64,000 bases of DNA from IMG/VR virus record IMGVR_UViG_3300037493_003260, positions 1 to 64,000 of that record; one strand, given 5' to 3'. Every line of letters starts with the position of its first letter. Positions within the stretch are counted from its first letter, which is position 1. Of this stretch, positions 59,273 to 64,000 are shown piece after piece. Below the pieces are notes generated by a model, which had not been told where the DNA came from, did no database searches, and was given only the letters and a program-made list of their open reading frames with translations. Both the position numbers and the translations under genes were made by a program. Source of the stretch: a virus.

Positions 59273-60301
59273 TCATTTTTTAGCCTTTACAAGAAGTTTA
59301 GCCACTATCTTTTTCTTTAAGTCGGCCACTACCGTAGGGTTTTCCCGCAGGTAAGCGATAGTCTTCTCTTTGCCGACTACTTCTTCTTTTCCAATTGTGT
59401 AAGTTGCTTTGTTTTGTTCGATAAATCCTGCAATGATACCATAGGCAAACACTTCACGAATATCATCAATCTGGCCTTTGGCGGGGCCATCGGTATAAAT
59501 ATCAAACTCGCCACGCCGATAAGGCGGGAACGTCTTGTTTTTTACCGTTGTGAATTTTATGGTTTGGCCAATAACGGCTTTTTCGTTTTCAGCTGCAGAT
59601 GCTTTAATCCAAGTTTTGTGAAAGTCAATGCGAATAGAAGCCGCATGACGCAGGCCCAGCCCACCTGGAGTTGTCTCAGGATTTCCAAACATCACGCCAA
59701 TCTTTTCACGAATCTGGTTGATAAAAATTACCAGGCAAGCGTTTGGTAGGCAGTCTTCTCCGACCTTCATGTTTAGGGCCGAGTGAAGTTTTCGGACTAG
59801 CCGATTTACCAGCTTAGCCCTGACACCCATCTGTTCAACGTGGTTCATTGCAGTATCAATGTCTTGAAGTGGCACCAGTGCGGCGGTACTGTCCAGTACA
59901 AGGATTCCGCATTCCCCGCTACGAATAACAGCATCCATTACGTCACAAGCCAGTTCTCCTGTTTCAGGCCTTGACAGTTTCAGCTTCTTAAGGTCCACCC
60001 CTAGCAGGGTTGCCCAAACGGGGTCAAAGGAACCTTCGACATCAATCCACACGGCCAGCTTGCCAATTTTTTGAGCTTCGGCCACAGCCTTTAAAGCCAT
60101 AAAAGTTTTACCTGCGGATTCTCTTCCGAATAATTCCACGACTCGGCCACACGGATAGCCCCCGCCAATTTCAATGTCAAGAGACAGACTCCCAGTAGGG
60201 ATGCGGTCTACTTCCATGGCCACAATTTCATCCCCTGAAATGATGGTGTTTTTTCCAAAGTCTTTATTTAACTGGCGTATAATATTGTCTAATTCCGACA
60301 T
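59273..60301 (-). CDS. recA: RecA recombinase
   Basis: IPTGSLSLD, GRESAGKT, VLDS.AAL.P, IFINQIREKIGVMFGNPETTPGG, VKNK..PP. Confidence 0.97.
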   Translation of the reverse strand: MSELDNIIRQLNKDFGKNTIISGDEIVAMEVDRIPTGSLSLDIEIGGGYPCGRVVELFGRESAGKTFMALKAVAEAQKIGKLAVWIDVEGSFDPVWATLLGVDLKKLKLSRPETGELACDVMDAVIRSGECGILVLDSTAALVPLQDIDTAMNHVEQMGVRAKLVNRLVRKLHSALNMKVGEDCLPNACLVIFINQIREKIGVMFGNPETTPGGLGLRHAASIRIDFHKTWIKASAAENEKAVIGQTIKFTTVKNKTFPPYRRGEFDIYTDGPAKGQIDDIREVFAYGIIAGFIEQNKATYTIGKEEVVGKEKTIAYLRENPTVVADLKKKIVAKLLVKAKK

Positions 60302-60369
60302 GTTATTTTCCCCTCTTTGAAATAACGACAGCAATTACACCACCGAGATTTCCGCACCTGCATGAAAAT

Positions 60370-61002
60370 TTATAAATTGTCTGACTCTGACTTTGGCTCA
60401 TTAGGGTTTTTCCTTTTCTTTTCTTTTGGTAATGGCTTTGCAAAGTCACTGGGCGACGGTGGTTCTACGACTTCCATCGAATCCAGTGTTGGTTCCACTA
60501 CAACTTCAGGGGGCCGAAAAGCCCCTGTTACTGCGTGATGATATGCGATTACAACTGCGTCGGCTGCATTATGGTCTTTCAAGCGTCCACGCAATCCAAA
60601 GAACTGATTTACAGCGGTCACAATTTCTTCTTTCTTTGCTTTTCCGCTTAGGCCACCGAGCGACCGCCGTGCACTCATAGCCATATAAAACACGGCATCC
60701 ATACGACGAAGTTTAAACCAGACTGATTGAATATGGCCTGCTAACCTGTTCAATTTTTTTAAGACTGTTGGGTCCTTGCTATAAAAGGTATCTTCTATTA
60801 CAAGGCAGTCTGGTTTAAACAATCGTATAAGCATGTCAAACTGATGTGCAAAAACAAAGAACTTTTCAGACTCGGTGAGACCATCCATAGGCTCAATCAC
60901 TCCATAACGGAGCAATTGCGTCTGCTCTTTTGTAGGGCCAGAGCTTTCTAAGAGGCTCCAGCCCGATGCTACTGTTGAAAGGTCACACCCAATTATTCTC
61001 AT
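60370..61002 (-). CDS. ruvC: RuvC-like Holliday junction resolvase
   Basis: MRIIGCDLS, LVIED, G.AKKEE, HNAADA; start reset to 61002. Confidence 0.88.
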   Translation of the reverse strand: MRIIGCDLSTVASGWSLLESSGPTKEQTQLLRYGVIEPMDGLTESEKFFVFAHQFDMLIRLFKPDCLVIEDTFYSKDPTVLKKLNRLAGHIQSVWFKLRRMDAVFYMAMSARRSLGGLSGKAKKEEIVTAVNQFFGLRGRLKDHNAADAVVIAYHHAVTGAFRPPEVVVEPTLDSMEVVEPPSPSDFAKPLPKEKKRKNPNEPKSESDNL

Positions 61003-61009
61003 GGTTATC

Positions 61010-61783
61010 CTAGAACGGAATGTCGTCCAAGTCAGGTAAGTCAAAACCACCTGGGTTCGGGGGCATTGGCGTTGTCGGCAATTGTGTTTCTTTATCCTGC
61101 TGAAATGGCGACGGTGCTTGTCCTGCAGCAGGGGCAGCCGCACGTGGCGGTGGAACACGGCCTGCAAGATAGGAGTTGATTTTGTCTACGGGTGTGGCTT
61201 TAAAAATCGTAGCCAGCGTAAACAATTTCAATGCCTGTTCTTCTGCTGTTAAAGGCACCACAGCCATAGTCGGGGTAATGCGATATTCTGTATCATCCCG
61301 TTTAAGACCTTTGCGTGAAATCACAATGTCGTACCCATTCGGGTCGCCGTTGATTTCGGCAAACTTCATAATGTCCTCTTTCAGGGTACGGCTGAACTGC
61401 CAAATTTTCATCTGGCCGTCCGTGCGGTCAATCACGTTTACCGCATATTTCAACCTGGGGTCGTAGGTGGAAAACGTCTTACGAAACAGGTCTCTTGCTT
61501 CTTCTTCCTTGCCGCCTTCTCTTAAGGCACGTGCCTGGTCCAGATATTTCTGCTTATCTGGGTGATGGCATACAGGGCAATCTTTGCCAGGGCAGTTTGC
61601 GGTACGTTTGATTTTGTTAAACCAATGCTCATAAAAGTGAAAATAGTGCCCACGAATACGGACACGTGTGTCACCTTCTGGAAGCTTCAGCCTAACAATT
61701 GCGGACCTACCTTCAGGTCCTGATTTCGTTACTGCGTCCTGCTCCTCTGGAGAATCCGCCCAGGGGTTGATTGAGTCTGTCAT
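61010..61783 (-). CDS. Single-stranded DNA-binding protein (gp32-like)
   Basis: HW..C..CPVC, YAVNVIDR, GYDI.I.R.G..TEY; acidic C-terminus DDIPF. Confidence 0.8.
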   Translation of the reverse strand: MTDSINPWADSPEEQDAVTKSGPEGRSAIVRLKLPEGDTRVRIRGHYFHFYEHWFNKIKRTANCPGKDCPVCHHPDKQKYLDQARALREGGKEEEARDLFRKTFSTYDPRLKYAVNVIDRTDGQMKIWQFSRTLKEDIMKFAEINGDPNGYDIVISRKGLKRDDTEYRITPTMAVVPLTAEEQALKLFTLATIFKATPVDKINSYLAGRVPPPRAAAPAAGQAPSPFQQDKETQLPTTPMPPNPGGFDLPDLDDIPF

Positions 61784-62268
61784 TGTTTTTTACTCCTTTG
61801 TCTATTGGTTATTTTTAAACATTGAGACGTAAAGGCTGCTGCTGAGTAGCCCCTTTTCATAAAGTTGCACATCTTACAGCAAGAAACAACATTATCAAAA
61901 GTATACCCAATCGTGTTGTCTACTCGGTCCAACCCGATTGTTTTTATAGGCTCCCCGCAGTAAGTGCATGGGGCCTTCCAAAATGTGTTAAACTGCTCAA
62001 AAGTGAGCGTAAAAATCCGTCCCAAACGTCTGGAGGATTTCTTGTAACAAATGTACTTTCCACGTGGTACGAAAGTCCGATAATACCTGTCGTCTGCTAG
62101 AATCTTTTCCTTGTTATTGTGTCTCCAGATGGCTTTAAATGCTAGGCTACAGGTTTTGCAATACACCGTTAGCTTGTCAAAGTTTCGAGTAGCCTTGTAA
62201 AACTCTGCTGGTGGCAGTACCCGTTGACACTTTGGACAATACTTGGCGTTACCAATCTTGCGGGGCAT
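61780..62268 (-). CDS. Free-standing HNH-like endonuclease
   Basis: CTYCG..GLDRVDNTIGY..NVVSCC..CN. Confidence 0.85.
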   Translation of the reverse strand: MPRKIGNAKYCPKCQRVLPPAEFYKATRNFDKLTVYCKTCSLAFKAIWRHNNKEKILADDRYYRTFVPRGKYICYKKSSRRLGRIFTLTFEQFNTFWKAPCTYCGEPIKTIGLDRVDNTIGYTFDNVVSCCKMCNFMKRGYSAAAFTSQCLKITNRQRSKKQ

Positions 62269-62684
62269 TAGTTTTTATTTTTGCCCATTTCAAGGGAAAG
62301 TACGTCCATAATTTTCTTGCATGTTAAGATGCCCTGTTCGGAAGCATCCTTGTAGGACTCAAGGACTTTTTCGACTTCAACCAGGTCATTGACAGAGTTG
62401 CGTGCTTCTCGTTCACCAACTGCGCTAACAAACTTGTCGCCTGACACGTTGCTTTCCATCTTCAAGCTGATGTATTTGCTAACCTCGTTGTTATCCCGTG
62501 CTGCCTTTGATTCGCCGTAACGACATGAGAGGTACATAAAGTCCCCTGTCAAAACGTTAAGCTTTTCAATATACCAATCAACGGGCCTGAAGGTACTGTT
62601 ACGCATAGCGAGTTCACGTAACTCTTTAGCGATTGCTCCCACACTCTCGAATACTTCTTTATCACTGGCGGTTATCAGGCTCAT
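62268..62684 (-). CDS. Helical protein, possibly UvsY-like recombination mediator
   Basis: 138 aa coiled coil next to SSB/RecA; size and position only. Confidence 0.4.
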   Translation of the reverse strand: MSLITASDKEVFESVGAIAKELRELAMRNSTFRPVDWYIEKLNVLTGDFMYLSCRYGESKAARDNNEVSKYISLKMESNVSGDKFVSAVGEREARNSVNDLVEVEKVLESYKDASEQGILTCKKIMDVLSLEMGKNKN

Positions 62685-62695
62685 CGGTTTTCTCC

Positions 62696-63103
62696 TTATT
62701 TCATTGTGTCGGTGAATTTGTGTTCTTTAAATTCTAGTTCCGACTCTTTAACAACATACTTATTGTACCAGTCCTGTTTGTAAACCTTAATCTTGTTTGG
62801 CACGTAGCGTACTTCTAGAGCCGAGAATTTCAAGTCCTGCCTTGCTAATGCAGGCTGGTCGTTAACAATTTTTCTAAGACCTTCGATAGCCTCTTCCTCG
62901 GTGGCAAATGATATTGGGATTCCCCTGATGCTACTCTTTTTTTGGTACACATGCGGAGACCCAATAGGAGTCCAGAAATACTGCAATGTTTTAGGAGAAT
63001 CTGCGGCTACATTACCGTCCAGTTCCCCAGTAAAATCCCCTGAAATAGGCACTGGCCCTACTGCCCATTTTGTACAAATAATCCATCGTGTCGGTAATGT
63101 CAT
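62696..63103 (-). CDS. Hypothetical protein
   Basis: AAGGAG SD and own promoter. Confidence 0.7.
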   Translation of the reverse strand: MTLPTRWIICTKWAVGPVPISGDFTGELDGNVAADSPKTLQYFWTPIGSPHVYQKKSSIRGIPISFATEEEAIEGLRKIVNDQPALARQDLKFSALEVRYVPNKIKVYKQDWYNKYVVKESELEFKEHKFTDTMK

Positions 63104-63134
63104 AAGTCTCCTTTGTTAATGTGCTATTAATAAT

Positions 63135-63163
63135 ATTATACCACAAAACGGCGTGTATGACAA
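63135..63163 (-). promoter_or_regulatory. Sigma70-type promoter for the recombination operon
   Basis: TTGTCA-17 bp-TATAAT with extended -10 TG. Confidence 0.8.
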
Positions 63164-63170
63164 CAGCTAT

Positions 63171-63758
63171 TTAATCCCGTAGTCCATTTGCCTTCTCTTC
63201 GCTCGGAGGAACGTTTTTTCTATTCCCGTCAGCTAGCAGGTACTCAATTTTACTCCCGTATCGGCACTCTCGTGCAACAGCATACACGAGGTCATCAAAC
63301 TTTTGTTTGCCAGTTTCAAGTTTTTCAAAATTGTAATAGCTCCATACCTGTTTTTTGTTCTCCCTAAAAATTGTAACCACATGGCCAATATTTCTGGTCT
63401 TACTGGAAACACCCAGTAAAAATACATCATGGATTCCCATACGCTTAAGGACCTCAAGGGTAAGGATGGCATAGTCTTCGCAATCCCCTGTACCATCGGT
63501 CAGAGTTGTGTGGGGTTCTTTCCACTCATCAGCGGGCGTGCGGTCTTCCTTATATCTGATATGGGTTGCCAGCCAGCGGGACAGTCCTTTGTAGTTACCT
63601 ACCCCAACCTCATCTGCAATTTGCTGTAGTTGCACGTTCTCTACAGCGGTCTCCTCTGCAGTTTTCGTTTCAATAATATAAGCATTTGCCTTGACATTAA
63701 AATACAAGAAAAAGGCCACAAACAAACTCATTATGACACATATTGATTTTTTGTTCAT
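63171..63758 (-). CDS. Exported transglutaminase-like cysteine protease (BTLCP/C93-like)
   Basis: Signal peptide ending ANA; I.Y..D..DEW..P..T..GDCEDYA; GHVV. Confidence 0.8.
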   Translation of the reverse strand: MNKKSICVIMSLFVAFFLYFNVKANAYIIETKTAEETAVENVQLQQIADEVGVGNYKGLSRWLATHIRYKEDRTPADEWKEPHTTLTDGTGDCEDYAILTLEVLKRMGIHDVFLLGVSSKTRNIGHVVTIFRENKKQVWSYYNFEKLETGKQKFDDLVYAVARECRYGSKIEYLLADGNRKNVPPSEEKANGLRD

Positions 63759-63991
63759 TTTGCTCTCCGTTTTGCCTTATCAACTATTTTTGATTTTTCC
63801 TCAGGAGTTAATTTCCTGTCTTCCATGCCTGCCATCTGCAATTTAATGTAGCGGTCGGCTGAAGCGGCAATCGTTATTGACTGAAAATCTATGTTCTGAA
63901 AATCCCTGACCATGAGAGTGTACTTGCGCTTCCAGTCTACCAGGTTCTTCATGTCGGTATCTTTGACATAAACGGGTTGCCATAAAGGCAC
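63755..63991 (-). CDS. Hypothetical protein, probably truncated by window edge
   Basis: Frame open to the window end. Confidence 0.5.
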   Translation of the reverse strand: MPLWQPVYVKDTDMKNLVDWKRKYTLMVRDFQNIDFQSITIAASADRYIKLQMAGMEDRKLTPEEKSKIVDKAKRRAK

Positions 63992-64000
63992 CTGTGTTAA

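Noticed and set aside
43754-62268. Additional group I introns around the free HNH/LAGLIDADG ORFs
   Set aside because: The ORFs abut or overlap intact neighbours, leaving no room for ribozyme cores, and no GAUAUAGUCC-type element was seen there

Overview
This window is part of a large tailed dsDNA phage genome (siphovirus-like: tail tube and tape measure, no sheath). Every credible gene is on the minus strand. Read in transcription direction (64 kb to 1 kb) the modules are: recombination/repair and nucleotide genes (SSB, RuvC, RecA, SbcD/SbcC, metallophosphoesterase, AAA+ ATPase, sigma region-4 protein); packaging (TerS, intein-containing TerL); large putative internal head proteins; an intein-containing subtilisin-like protease; portal; fibres; MuF; prohead protease with a nested scaffold; the major capsid gene; neck; collagen fibres flanking a glycosyltransferase; tail; two tRNAs; a structured RNA candidate; and 1.3 kb of non-coding DNA with 11-bp phased repeats. 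The ORF track misses that the major capsid gene is split into three exons by two group I introns, which I reconstructed by hand to a 340-aa in-frame product. The most novel-looking signal is a set of reused short peptide 'address tags'. A small protein near the portal carries a copy of the capsid N-arm, an internal protein carries a copy of the scaffold C-terminal motif, and a TI-x-S-x-A-x-I motif is appended to the ends of six neck/tail proteins. All family assignments come from motif recognition by eye; no database search was run.
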